DNA of 64,000 nucleotides from the NCBI GenBank assembly GCA_964016885.1, contig OZ024740.1:358298001-358362000 (forward strand). Direction: 5' to 3'. This document shows positions 1 through 10,894 of the stretch, one piece after another (position 1 is the stretch's first letter; every line of letters starts with the position of its first letter). The DNA comes from Eledone cirrhosa. Lineage: Eukaryota. Below the pieces are notes generated by a model. The model was not told the DNA's origin. It was given only the letters and a program-made list of their open reading frames with translations, and did not search any database. The position numbers and the translations under genes are program-made.

Positions 1-775
1 TAACATTCTCTTGGATAGGAAAGCTACTTGCGACTAACTAGCACGCTTTCCAAGAAGATATTTTTCTCTCAATAACCTACAGCTATAGCCACAGAAGTGA
101 GGTGTGAACCCGGCGAACACAAATGATAAAACTTACATTAAAGGGTTAAATCAAGGTTGCTATTTTTGCTGCAACTTGAATCATTTATAATAAGTGAAAA
201 TATATCATATGTGGAAGTATAAATAATCATTACATTTTATTCTAAATAAAATATGTGAAACACTGATTGAAGGAGGCGTTATAGCTATAAAGAGGGCCGA
301 CGATAGATTTCTTAGAGAAGGAACTTTAATATATGATAATAAAATGTCCATGTGTGGGATTGCTGATAACCAGTTTGGATAATTCCCATGAGATTTTGTT
401 CGTAGTCAAGTCATCAAAATTTATACTGGTATATATTTACGTAAAACTTAAACAAAAGCTGAATGCAGTCATAACGCCTCTTATTTGATCTTACACGAGA
501 AGATTATCCAGCTTCATATACTGTTGTGGTGTATGAAGACGACTAACCTAGACAAGCCAAGGTCATCTTAGTGCTAGGACAAGTACACGAATTTCACTAA
601 CACGTGTATTCTAAATTTCTCAAAAGGTAACAGGTTTCAAATTAATCAAGCCTATTTACATAAATTTCATCAAGTTTATTTACATAAATGTGACATTTTA
701 AGATAATTTCAAATGTTTATGAAATGAATATCAAATGGCAAAATATATAAAAGTAATAGGCGCCATTGGATATAA

Positions 776-995
776 CCCTTTAATGTTCAAACCGGCTAAA
801 ACCGGCCAGAATTCTCTACCTTTTTCTGTTGAAACTGGCTGTAAATGGTCGCTCAAACTGATGTTAAGGTATTGTTCTCAAAATAAATACTTTCAAAATC
901 TCATAGATTCGATATTATGTGAGATAATTATGCGAAGTAAAGCCTTTACCATGAAAATATAATAGTATATATAGAGAAATGTGAATGCTAAAGGG
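776..995. mobile_element. piggyBac-like MITE
   Basis: Termini (ATAA)CCCTTT...AAAGGG(ATAA) resemble TTAA-CCC/GGG-TTAA. The internal sequence recurs reverse-complemented at 38466-38657. Confidence 0.55.
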
Positions 996-1102
996 ATAAC
1001 AGACGACATACTATTGGAGTTTGCCAAGTTTAATTTATATGAAGTGTTATAACGTTGAATGTTGATACTATACATTCAAACAAAAACTGGCAATATATAA
1101 CT

Positions 1103-1210
1103 AAGAAGATTTTAGCAGATGCAAGCATATCTATGCTTATGTTTGTACATATATACATATATAAGTACAAACATAGGCATAGATATGCTTGCATCTGCTA
1201 AAATCTTCTT
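1103..1210. repeat. Long near-perfect palindrome (46-bp arms, TA-rich 16-nt spacer)
   Basis: AAGAAGATTTTAGCAGATGC...GTTTGTAC (1103-1148) is the reverse complement of 1165-1210 with one mismatch. Confidence 0.9.
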
Positions 1211-1284
1211 TTACACACACACAAACACGCACATTCACACCCACACACACACATCTATGTAGAAATACCCACAATTTGTATAAT

Positions 1285-1510
1285 AGAATTGTTTCTACTT
1301 TAGGCACAAGGCCAACAATTTGAAGGGGAAGGTAAAAGTCGATTAAATCGATCCCAGTGCATTACCGGTACTTTATTTTATCGACCCCGTAAGGATGAAA
1401 AGCAAAGCTAAGCTCAGTGAGATTTGAACTCAGAACGTAAAAGTCCGAAACCCAATGTCACAAAGCATGTTGTCCGACGCCCTACCGACATTGCCAATGC
1501 ATCACCCTTC
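1285..1510 (-). mobile_element. Deu/Nin-domain-like SINE
   Basis: Reverse complement of GAGTTCAAATC...TTTCATCCTTACGGGGTCGATAAAATAAAGTACC core plus GTAGAAACAAT tail. Same family as 3011, 11856, 45940 and 46600. Confidence 0.75.
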
Positions 1511-1656
1511 AATTTGTATAATATAATATAAACAATACAAACCATGCATACCAGACGTTGGCATTACAGATTACACCAAAGTGTCTCTGAACGTCTGAGT
1601 GTAAGAAATTGGCATGTGTGTGTGTGTGTGTGGTTTTTTTTTCCGCCTCACACACA

Positions 1657-1698
<42 letters not shown>

Positions 1699-1845
1699 TC
1701 CATAAAACTATATTCCAATAATAGAATTTCTCTTACACTCCTGCTGCTGCCATAGAATTTACCTCTAGCCCATACCCTTTTGAACTCTTGACCAGTCAAT
1801 TAACACAATCAGATATACACACACATATTTATAGGATGTCGTCCC

Positions 1846-1876
<31 letters not shown>

Positions 1877-2081
1877 ACAACAACAACTTTGTTCTGTGAA
1901 GAAACACAGCTGCTGCTATCTTCACTACCACCTCTCTATTAACAAGAACTCATTCTCCAGCCCAATTTTGAGCAAGAAAGATGGGAAAAAAACTTACTCC
2001 AACGCTTGATTTTAATTTTAAATCTTTAATTTTTAGTTTTTAACTCCTATTAATTCTTTTTTATTTTTTTATTTCAATACT

Positions 2082-2130
2082 CAACATTTGATAAGATGAA
2101 TTTTAATAATACATCGAAACCGGTAATACT
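2082..2130 (+). ncRNA. Degenerate minimal type I hammerhead ribozyme (U3:A8 core) in PLE 3' remnant
   Basis: TTGATAA-GATG(a)ATT..AAT(a)CATC-GAAA-CCGG-TA. Stem I pairs poorly. Confidence 0.45.
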
Positions 2131-2342
2131 TTATATACTTTAAATACATTATAAAACTTTTTTAAAAAAGAATTGCCGCTCTCATTTTTTCAATGTCATC
2201 TTTTCAATAATGTCACTTTGACGACTCAAAGAAAGGATAAAAAAAAGAAAAACAGACCCTTAAATATATTTTCCGTGTTATTTCCAACTTCACCTTTTCT
2301 CTAAATCCACTGTTTTGTATAGAACCTTACTTCCTTTTTCTA

Positions 2343-2389
<47 letters not shown>

Positions 2390-2826
2390 CATATAGTTGA
2401 ATAGTTTAAGAGTAATTTGAGGATAATTGTAAGATATGCACTTAATATTCTGAATTTGTCTACAGAATTCTCTAAACCTTTGTCACTTAGTAGAACCTTA
2501 ATGATTTTAGCTTTTAAAGAATCTCCCTTTTCCTTTAAATCTATCTACCATGACTGACCCTCCACTGATCTTATAGACACCTGTTAGCTTAAGAGAAACT
2601 TAATAATAAGGAATGGCATGCCATCCTGAACCTGATTTATAGAATTCTGTCTGCCTTTGTTACTCTAAAAACAAAAATAAATAGAAATAAAAATAAAAAT
2701 AAACTATAGCTTTGTAGAATTAGCTTTTAATGAATTCCCTTTTCTGTCAACCAATGACCTACACCCATCCCACTCCCCACCCTCTCCTACCACTTGTATA
2801 AATACCATACTTATTTTTTGATACCC

Positions 2827-2877
2827 AGATTCCTGATGATTTCTAAAGAATGAAACAGTTCTAGTCCTGTAGAATCT
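2827..2877 (+). ncRNA. Type I hammerhead ribozyme
   Basis: Stem I AGATTC/GAATCT, core CTGATGA, stem II TTC-TAAA-GAA, GAAA, stem III CAG/CTG, GUA cleavage triplet (after 2871). Lies at the end of a ~500 bp non-coding unit flanked by (TA)n. Confidence 0.8.
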
Positions 2878-2889
2878 CATCTATATTAA

Positions 2890-2935
<46 letters not shown>

Positions 2936-2938
<3 letters not shown>

Positions 2939-3656
2939 AGCTGCGCCCTCGTTATCGAGTATGGCCATTGCACGATATACCATTATTAATAATTATTATT
3001 TAATTCTTGGATTGGCAGTATCGGTAGAGGGTCGGACGCCATGCTTTGACACATAGAGTTACGGCCCTTGCCATTCTGAGTTCAAATCCCGCCGAGGTTA
3101 ACTTTGCCTTTCATCCTTACGGGGTCGATAAAATAAAGTACCAGTAATGTACTGGGTAATTTCTGGCCTTGTGCCAATAGTAGAAACAATTATTTAATTC
3201 TATCGTGCAATGCCTGTACGTGAAGATATTTTTTAAAGTGAGGCAAGACTGTGCACTGAGCCAATCCCACTCTCCGAGCGACAGTAGCTATAACCCGAAA
3301 AGAAGAAAAGATCAACATCATCGGTAACTACTGAGCCGCAGCTTTTATATCGGAGTTATCCCAGTTTCCTGAGTTGCCTTCTCCTAGAAGAATTTCCCTG
3401 ACAAAGGCTAGGGGTCCTTCACTCCCAGTGGTTTAACCGCGCATGTGTATATACATATTTACACACTTTTGGATGGTCGTTGACTCTTATGAGTTCTTCC
3501 GCCCTTTGTCAGGTTTTGTTTTTTTGTCCTACAGGGTGTCCAAAATCACCCTCCCCACCAAGTAAACTTGGTGGGAGTTGCTGGTTTAGCCATCGACGAC
3601 CCGACCATGTGACCGGTTGTACTGGGTTACATGTTACCAGTAGCACTCAAGAGTGA

Positions 3657-3658
<2 letters not shown>
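2936..3658 (-). mobile_element. Non-autonomous RTE-derived element (5'UTR-like), interrupted by SINE
   Basis: Homologous to 8931-9534. Carries an RTE-type 5'UTR motif CTAGGAGAAGG(C/A)AACTC and no ORF. Confidence 0.6.
3011..3192 (+). mobile_element. Deu/Nin-domain-like SINE
   Basis: B-box-like GAGTTCAAATCCCG, core TTTCATCCTTACGGGGTCGATAAAATAAAGTACCAG, tail GTAGAAACAATTATT. Confidence 0.8.
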
Positions 3659-3737
<79 letters not shown>

Positions 3738-3828
3738 CGACGGAAATGTGGTAAGGAACCAGGTGGACCATAACGCACCAAAGTACTCAATACTTAGGGT
3801 AGTAGAGTGGGTAATAGGAACGAGTAGG

Positions 3829-3924
3829 ACCCCGATGGCTGAGCTCAAGCCGTTTCGACGGCTAATTCTGGACTAAATGAACATTGTTATCCTGGTATAT
3901 GAATAGCCGAGCTTCGCAGGGGGT
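3829..3924 (-). ncRNA. Hammerhead-like fold in inverted pLTR copy
   Basis: Reverse complement reads ACCCC-CTGCGAA-GCTCGGCTA..TAGCCGTC-GAAA-CGGCT-TGAGCTC-AGCCA-TC-GGGGT. Confidence 0.5.
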
Positions 3925-5966
3925 AATTCCATATATGGTAAAGGTGATTGTCACAAGGATTGGTCAAAAGTTTGTTGTTGAGACACATAATTCTATCATG
4001 GCAATTTGTGGAAGGAAGGGGTAGCTGAACCTGCCAGTAGAAGAAAGAGGGAGAGGGAGTGGAGGAAACCCAGTCGTGCGTTGATAGTGCCAACTATAGC
4101 AGGGCAGAAGGTCAAGCAAGTATACTAGGGAGGGAGAGGGGGAGGAAGTCGAAACAATAAGTAAATCAATATGGAGTAAATATATAGAAGAATACCAAGA
4201 ATGTTAAAAATATAAAAAAACAATTTCTGGTTACCATTCCCTAACGACAGTCATCAAGTCTCTCACTGGTACTGCTAAACTATAGAAAAGTTTACTAGGT
4301 AGGACGGAATTGTAATGAGACCATTTTAAGAGTTAGTAGTAATCAACCGAGTATATCTTACGGTGACAGGTCAACAAGTGGGGGGGGGGGGGGCAAAAAA
4401 CTAAAGAAACTACCACGAAATAATAATTCAGAGTCCCGAAACTAATACGGCTTTAGGCTCATCGAAAAACACTTCCCACTACAACACCGCAACCACAACA
4501 TAATCAACAAAAATACCATCAATCTCTCCTACAGCACCACACCAAACTTTGCACAAAACATCGTTTCCTCTAACAACAAAAAACTCAACCCCTATGGAAG
4601 AAATAACCTAAATAGCAGTGTAGAGCCGACCAGGAGGTGCAACTGTCCTGATGGATCCATTTGCCCCCTCGACATCAGATGCAGAGATTGTAATGTGATC
4701 TACCAGTGCAACGTGAGGACGGACACCTCCAACAAAGCTTATATAGGATTAACCGCATGTGACTTCAAGACCCGGCTATACCAACACAGAAATACTTTCC
4801 GAAACCCGGCCCGGCGTCACGCCACCACACTTTCGGGCCACATCTGGGACCTTAAAGATAACAATATTACCTATGATCTCACTTGGAGCTTACTGTCCAG
4901 AGCCAACTCTTACACGGGAGGACCCCGTCCGTGCAATTTATGCTCGGAGGAAACTTTACAAATGCCGTTTTCGACGGACCAACTCATAAACAAGAAAGAT
5001 GAACTGGTAACTGCATGCAAACACAGATTGCGTAGGACTTACCTCGCCATCAAACCCCATAATGACCCCGGGGGGGGGGGGGGGGGGCGTAGACAAGGGC
5101 TGTAAAACCCCACTTGCCGACTTTGTAATGGGTAACTCCTGCTTGCAAAGGTAGACGTAAGATCTTCTTTTATATCTTTTAATCGTTTCCTCTATATTTC
5201 CTTCTTCCCCCCTTCCTTTCTAGTTCTGAATTAATTTTCCGTATCAAATTTTTCATATACTTCGTACGAGCATTTATGTAGTTTGCACTAGAATTTTTTT
5301 ATCGTAGCGGCACCCTTAGAGATAGTATTAGTATTCATTTTCGGGATTCTGAATTATTATTTCGTATTAGTTTATTTTTTGCACTGGGTGGTTGCTGGCC
5401 TTGTGCCTAGGGTAGAAACAATTATTTCGTATTAGTTTCGGGACTCTGAATTATTATTTCGTGGTAGTTTCTTTAGTTTTTTTGCCCCCCCCCCCCCCCC
5501 ACACACACACACTTGTTGACCTGTCACCGTAAGATATACTCGGTTGATTACTACTAACTCTTAAAATGGTCTCATTACAATTCCGTCCCACCTAGTAAAC
5601 TTTTCTATAGTTTAGCAGTACCAGTGAGAGACTTGATGACTGTCGTTAGGGAATGGTAACCAGAAATTGTTTTTTTTATATTTTTAACATTCTTGGTATT
5701 CTTCTATATATTTACTCCATATTGATTTACTTATTGTTTCGACTTCCTCCCCCTCCCCCTCCCTAGTATACTTGCTTGACCTCCTGCCCTGCTGTAGTTG
5801 GCAGTATCAACGCACGACTGGGTTTCCTCCACTCCCTCTCCCTCTTTCTTCTACTGGCAGGTTCAGCTACCCCTTCCTTCCACAAATTGCCATGATAGAA
5901 TTATGTGTCTCAACAACAAACTTTTGACCAATCCTTGTGACAATCACCTTTACCATATATGGAATT

Positions 5967-6062
5967 ACCCCCTGAGAAGCTCGGCTATTCATATACCAGG
6001 ATAAAAATGTTCATTTAGTCCAGAATTAGCCGTCGAAACGGCTTGAGCTCAGCCGTCGGGGT
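5967..6062 (+). ncRNA. Hammerhead-like fold in PLE pLTR (core 1 nt short, long stem II)
   Basis: ACCCC-CTGAGAA-GCTCGGCTATTC..GAATTAGCCGTC-GAAA-CGGCT-TGAGCTC-AGCCG-TC-GGGGT. GUC triplet, palindromic loop III. Confidence 0.62.
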
Positions 6063-6279
6063 CCTACTCGTTTCTCTATATATATATATAGAGAGAGATA
6101 AATCTATCAAAATATACGGTAGTGTCCAATCCATATGAAGAACTCAATGTAATCCAAATATCATGAAAAGAGAAGATGCATTCAAAAAATTTCGATGAAA
6201 TTCATAGGAAAACAGAGTCAAGATAAATTAATAAAAACAATGAATAAAAACAAAGAACAAGTTCCTTATATTAAAAAAA

Positions 6280-6414
6280 TCATCATTTTACGATCGTTTC
6301 TAGGATATATATGTGTGTTGGTATGTATATCATATAGATCTATGTAAAATATTACAAACTATCAGAGGAAATATTCATACCTTCACATATATATGCTGTC
6401 TTCAGAAATGATGA
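6280..6414 (-). ncRNA. Minimal type I hammerhead with 98-nt stem II
   Basis: Reverse complement reads TCATCATTT-CTGAAGA-[98 nt hairpin incl. ATATATATGTG/CACATATATAT]-GAAA-CGATCG-TA-AAATGATGA. Stem I is 9 bp, perfect. Confidence 0.7.
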
Positions 6415-6651
6415 GATTTGTTTATTGAAAAGACCAACAAAGATTTAATATAATAGGTCTATTTGGGAACAGGTTTTGATTTGACCAATAGCAAAGTAGT
6501 AAGAGGTCAAGTTGATAGAATAGTAGTAGTAGAAATTTAATTTAGGGGTAGAGGAATACAGATTTATGTTTTGAATGGGAAGAATACTTTGAATGAAAAG
6601 AATACTTTGGGGATGAAAAGAGGTCAAGCCGGTGAAGGGTACACGAAAATT

Positions 6652-6982
6652 TGATGTTATTAAAGAATAATGTTAAAATCGAAGGAGAGTAAAATTTTAG
6701 GGTAAGGGTATTAGTGAGAAATACCAATCTTATTTAAACCACAAAGAATTTAGATCTATAACAAGAAATTAAATTAATTGATAGGTATACTTATAGGGAT
6801 AAATTTATATTAATTCATATGGATGTGATAAATAAGAATTAGATGTTATTAAAGAATGTTGTTAAAAACGAAGGAAAATAAAATGTTGGGATAAGGGTAG
6901 TAGTGAGAAATACCAATCTTATATAAACTACAAGGAATCTAGATTCATAACAGGAAATTAAATTAATTTATATGTATACTTT
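6652..6982. repeat. Diverged ~190-bp tandem duplication (PLE UTR-like)
   Basis: GATGTTATTAAAGAAT...TAGTGAGAAATACCAATCTTAT...GAAATTAAATTAAT occurs at ~6653 and ~6842. Confidence 0.75.
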
Positions 6983-7140
6983 TAGGTATTAATTTTAGGG
7001 AAAGAGAGCTGTAAGAGGGAAATAAAATTATGAAGTTCTCTGTAGTAAAGTACTAATTATAGGTTAACTAAATTAAAAAAACTAATTATAATAATATGTA
7101 AAATATAAGTGTAAGGTGTATATTAATTAGGTTTATAATA

Positions 7141-7437
7141 TTTGATATATATGCTTATTATTCCTCTATATCACCCATACTCCTGAACAAAGCCTTGATA
7201 TTTACCAAAAATAGATCAAACTTAACTATGGATGACATTAATATTATCACGCACGCTAGACAAACACTACTGGAATTTCAAAAGGAATACTGGACCAGAA
7301 ATACATATAGTAATCTCTTCGACATTACTATGGGCTCTAGTGATTCTGCCCAAATTACCGATCTTGTGGGCCTCTTTCTTCTATTTAACATAAATTCTTT
7401 TTTTCCCCACCTTAAAGGTGGTTTATATCATGATGAC
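7141..7437 (+). pseudogene. Penelope-like RT fragment
   Basis: FDITMGSSDSAQITDLVGLFLL..GGLYHDD matches the RT of the PLE at 26954-27997 (FDVSMGASDSAEVTDLIG..GGLYRDD). Confidence 0.8.
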
Positions 7438-7443
7438 TGTCGT

Positions 7444-7610
7444 GACGAGTGTGGTTGTGTGGTTAAGAGGTTTGCAATGCAACTACGTGTTTTCTAGATT
7501 GATCCTTTTGCGTGGTACCTATGGGACATGTCTCATACTATAACTTCTGTGGTTACCTTATACCATTTATACGGAATCTGCTGGACGAATCGCGTCACCA
7601 TATCGTGTAT
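7444..7610 (+). mobile_element. Decayed tRNA-derived SINE (octopus-type)
   Basis: GTGGTTGTGTGGTTAAGAGGTTTGC..TGCGTGGTACC head. Related to the minus-strand copy at 24080-24290. Confidence 0.5.
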
Positions 7611-7816
7611 TTGTAGCAATAATTTGAAATCTGACCTTGTAGCACATAGATGTTCAGTTTTTCTTTATCTCAAACTGATCCCAGGTATTTTGGAGAGACT
7701 GACCAGCTAGAGATTATTCGAGAAAACACCTTGCAGTTGCAGTTGCAGAGTTTCTACCGACCAGCTAAGATGTAGTGGTCGGCTATCTCACACACAGATC
7801 CCTTTGGGTCTCTCCC

Positions 7817-7866
<50 letters not shown>

Positions 7867-7868
7867 CC

Positions 7869-7920
<52 letters not shown>

Positions 7921-8521
7921 CTTGGTCTCTCGCTAGGTCAACGAAATTCATCGCATTAACAGAAGTTTGATAAATACATTTTTGATAATACTATTGCAAG
8001 CAAACACGCATACACATCATACCTGATACACGTCATACAATTGGTTGTTTGTTCTTCATGTATTGTTGTATAACTTCGGCGAAATTTATATTTAATAAAT
8101 TTGTAACATAGTGGGTTTGTGTTATTGTGGTTATTTATTTCATTTCCTACTTGATTAATGTAAATCACTTACCCAAGGAATCATCACATCATCATCATAA
8201 TGAACACTTACACACCCGCATTCTCTGGTCACACTGTATCAGACACACCAATCTCCTTTAGCATACGCTCTACACAACAGTGACCACACAACTGAGCAAT
8301 CCACGAGTGAGTACACACAACAACCAAATCAACACCACAATACATTATCATCTCAACCCAGCATCCAACATCGTCACAATAGGATCCCTTATATATATTC
8401 ACGCACACACACGCACAGACACACATACATACATATACACATATATACACACATACATACTTATACACATACATACATACATACATACATACATACATAC
8501 ATACATACATACATACATACA

Positions 8522-8910
8522 TTGAACACGTGTTCTGTTGTGGAGATCAGCTGCCCACTTGATGTAAACGTTGTCAGAAAAATACAGGAGAAGGAGGACA
8601 TCTACGGACCATTGATGAGGAGTTTACAAATCCAGTATCCAAGATACACCTTTAGCTTCATGCCCATCATTATTGGAGCTATGGGTTATATACCAACCCG
8701 CTTGGACCAAAGTATGACTGAACTTGGATTTGCGGACAAAAAGCGCAGCTCCCTAATTCATAGTCTACAAATGGCTGCGCTAGCTGGCACCTTCAAAATT
8801 TGCAAAACATTCTTGCGATTCAAGGGATGACAATTTCTTTTCTTTTACAACCTTACCACCAGGAAGGTGGCCGGTCAAAAAAATATACTCGAAATTAAGA
8901 GAAAGAGAAA
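8522..8910 (+). mobile_element. 3' end of R4/Dong-like non-LTR retrotransposon (restriction-like endonuclease)
   Basis: VVEISCP.D.NV..K..EK..IY..L...PIIIGAMGYIP...LQ.AAL.GT.KI is typical of a REL C-terminus. Flanked by (CATA)n on both sides. Confidence 0.75.
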
Positions 8911-8930
8911 ACATACATACATACATACAT

Positions 8931-9534
8931 GGTGGCTACCAACTCGTTTTCGAGTACGGCCACTACTTTATATCCATGTAGGAGAACCCCTACCGATGCG
9001 CTGAACGAGTGTGACTTTTTAGTCCAGCCAGCGACTTGAAAACTCTGGTACAAACACTACACTTGTGACAATTATTGACACATAGTGCTGGGCCCTTGGT
9101 ACCATGTGACGACAAGTGCAGAGAGATCTCCAGATATAAAGCAATGCCTGTGCCGTGAAGCTTTTATAGTGAGCAAAGGCACTGCACAAAGCCAGTCCCA
9201 CTCTCTTAACCAAGATGATATTTACCAAAAAGAAGAACAAGTCAACATCATTGGATACCATCAGGGTTGCAGGTGTTATATCAGAGTTTTCCTTCTCCTA
9301 GAATTCTGCCTTGACAAAGGCTAAGGGGTCATCTCTCCCGGTGATTTTGAATGGTCATTGACTCTTAAGAGTTCCTTTGCCCTTTGACAGGCTTTGTTTT
9401 TAGTCCTGCAGGATGTCCAAAGTCACCCTCCTCACCAAGAAACCTTGGTGGGGTTGCCAGTTTAGTCGCCAACGATCCGACCATAGGACAGGTTGTACTG
9501 GGATACATGTTACCAGTAGCACCAACTGGTGACC
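8931..9534 (-). mobile_element. Non-autonomous RTE-derived element, second copy
   Basis: Colinear similarity to 2936-3658. Flanked by (CATA)n. Confidence 0.6.
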
Positions 9535-9739
9535 TGACACATACATACATACATACATACATACATACATACATACATACAAAAACCCCAATGGTGACCG
9601 TTGTGGTCAGCCCGATGATTGGACGTATGTAATTACGGCTTTCATGAAGATAACATACCATATATTGGAAAAGTTGAAAAACATATTTTGGTAAGATTGC
9701 ATACAAATATTTCTACATAAGTGTTTGAACTGTAAATAT

Positions 9740-10890
9740 ATTGCAACATTTGATAGTGTACCTCATGGATGGATTAAGGCTTTACAGTTAGCCAAAGTCT
9801 CACAGCCACTAGTAGCTGTTGTTGAACGTCTGACCAAGAACTGGTACGCCAATTTGATTCTTACGGGTAAGAAGGAGCAAATAAAGACTGATACAATACA
9901 CTACGAGAAAGGCATCTTTCAGGGTGATGACTTATCAATTGCTGCTCTTCGTCCTCTCACTAAACCCACTATCGTACTTGCTCACAAAACAAAGTGGTCA
10001 TAGAAGTGGGTCCAGGGGTATCTCCCATCTTTTCTTTGTTGGTGAACTGAAGTTATATGGGCCAAATACAAACTATATAAAAAAACAATTCGACCTCATT
10101 ACACAATTTTCTGCAGACACCAGAATGAAATTTGGTGAATCCAAATGTACATTATGGACAGTAAAACGTGGAAGGGTTGTACCCACCTCTGGAAATCTAG
10201 AGATGAACAGCTTGACAATACAACCTCTACAGTCAAGTGACAACTATCGATATCTTGGACAGGATGAGAATGTCATATGATGGACCCATAAATAAGGAGA
10301 GAACCAGAATTGAATAACCCCAGGAGAGTAAAGAAAATATGGTCATTAGAACTATCAGTGTACCACAAATACATTGCCCACAATACTTATGCTGTGCTAA
10401 TCCTAACACCAACATTTGACATGCTAAACTGGTCATTGCAAGAACTAAGTGAGATGGATGTAAGTACTCGCAAGCTTCTCAGTGCTACTGGACTCTTTAA
10501 CATCAATGGTGATGTGGATAGGCCATAATTCTCGCGCAAGGAAGCTGGCCGGGGTCTAAAATCCACATTAACATCATACGAGACCCGGATAGTAACACTG
10601 AAGCAATATCTTCAACAGAAGTAAAAGGTCAGCAACCATCTTACTCAGGTTTATGAGCATGAAGTAAATAATATCATTAGGATAGCCACTGATTTGGAGG
10701 AGAGATATGGAATAAGACTTGATTTAAATCTCTCTCGCATTGGAAGATCCTATTCAATGCTTGAACAAGATAAAAGATTTACTGAGAAAGTTGTGCATGG
10801 GTTCCTGAGACGAAAAACACAAACCATAGAAGGGATAAATCATTCAAAAAGCCTAGCATGGAGTCCCGACAAGTTTATGACATCCTACCT
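9740..10890 (+). pseudogene. Decayed R4/Dong-like RT
   Basis: Frameshifted pieces: FDSVPHGWI, KGIFQGDDLS, LNPLS, ISHLFF, MKFGESKC, YRYLG, NTYAV, DVSTRKLL, R.E.GRGL. Confidence 0.8.
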
Positions 10891-10894
10891 TTAC

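Larger units (their letters stand above)
3736..6072 (+). mobile_element. 5'-truncated Penelope-like element with GIY-YIG fragment and inverted pseudo-LTR
   Basis: ORF 4695-5105 has IYQC..AYIGLT..FKTR..H, then C-NL-C..E and NKKDE..CKH. A CNC-x5-CP linker lies upstream (~4638-4683). 3819-4449 is an inverted copy of 5428-6072. (TA)n on both flanks. Confidence 0.88.

Noticed and set aside
7630-8235. Possible solo LTR with (CT)n
   Set aside because: No clear TG..CA termini with TSD could be placed.
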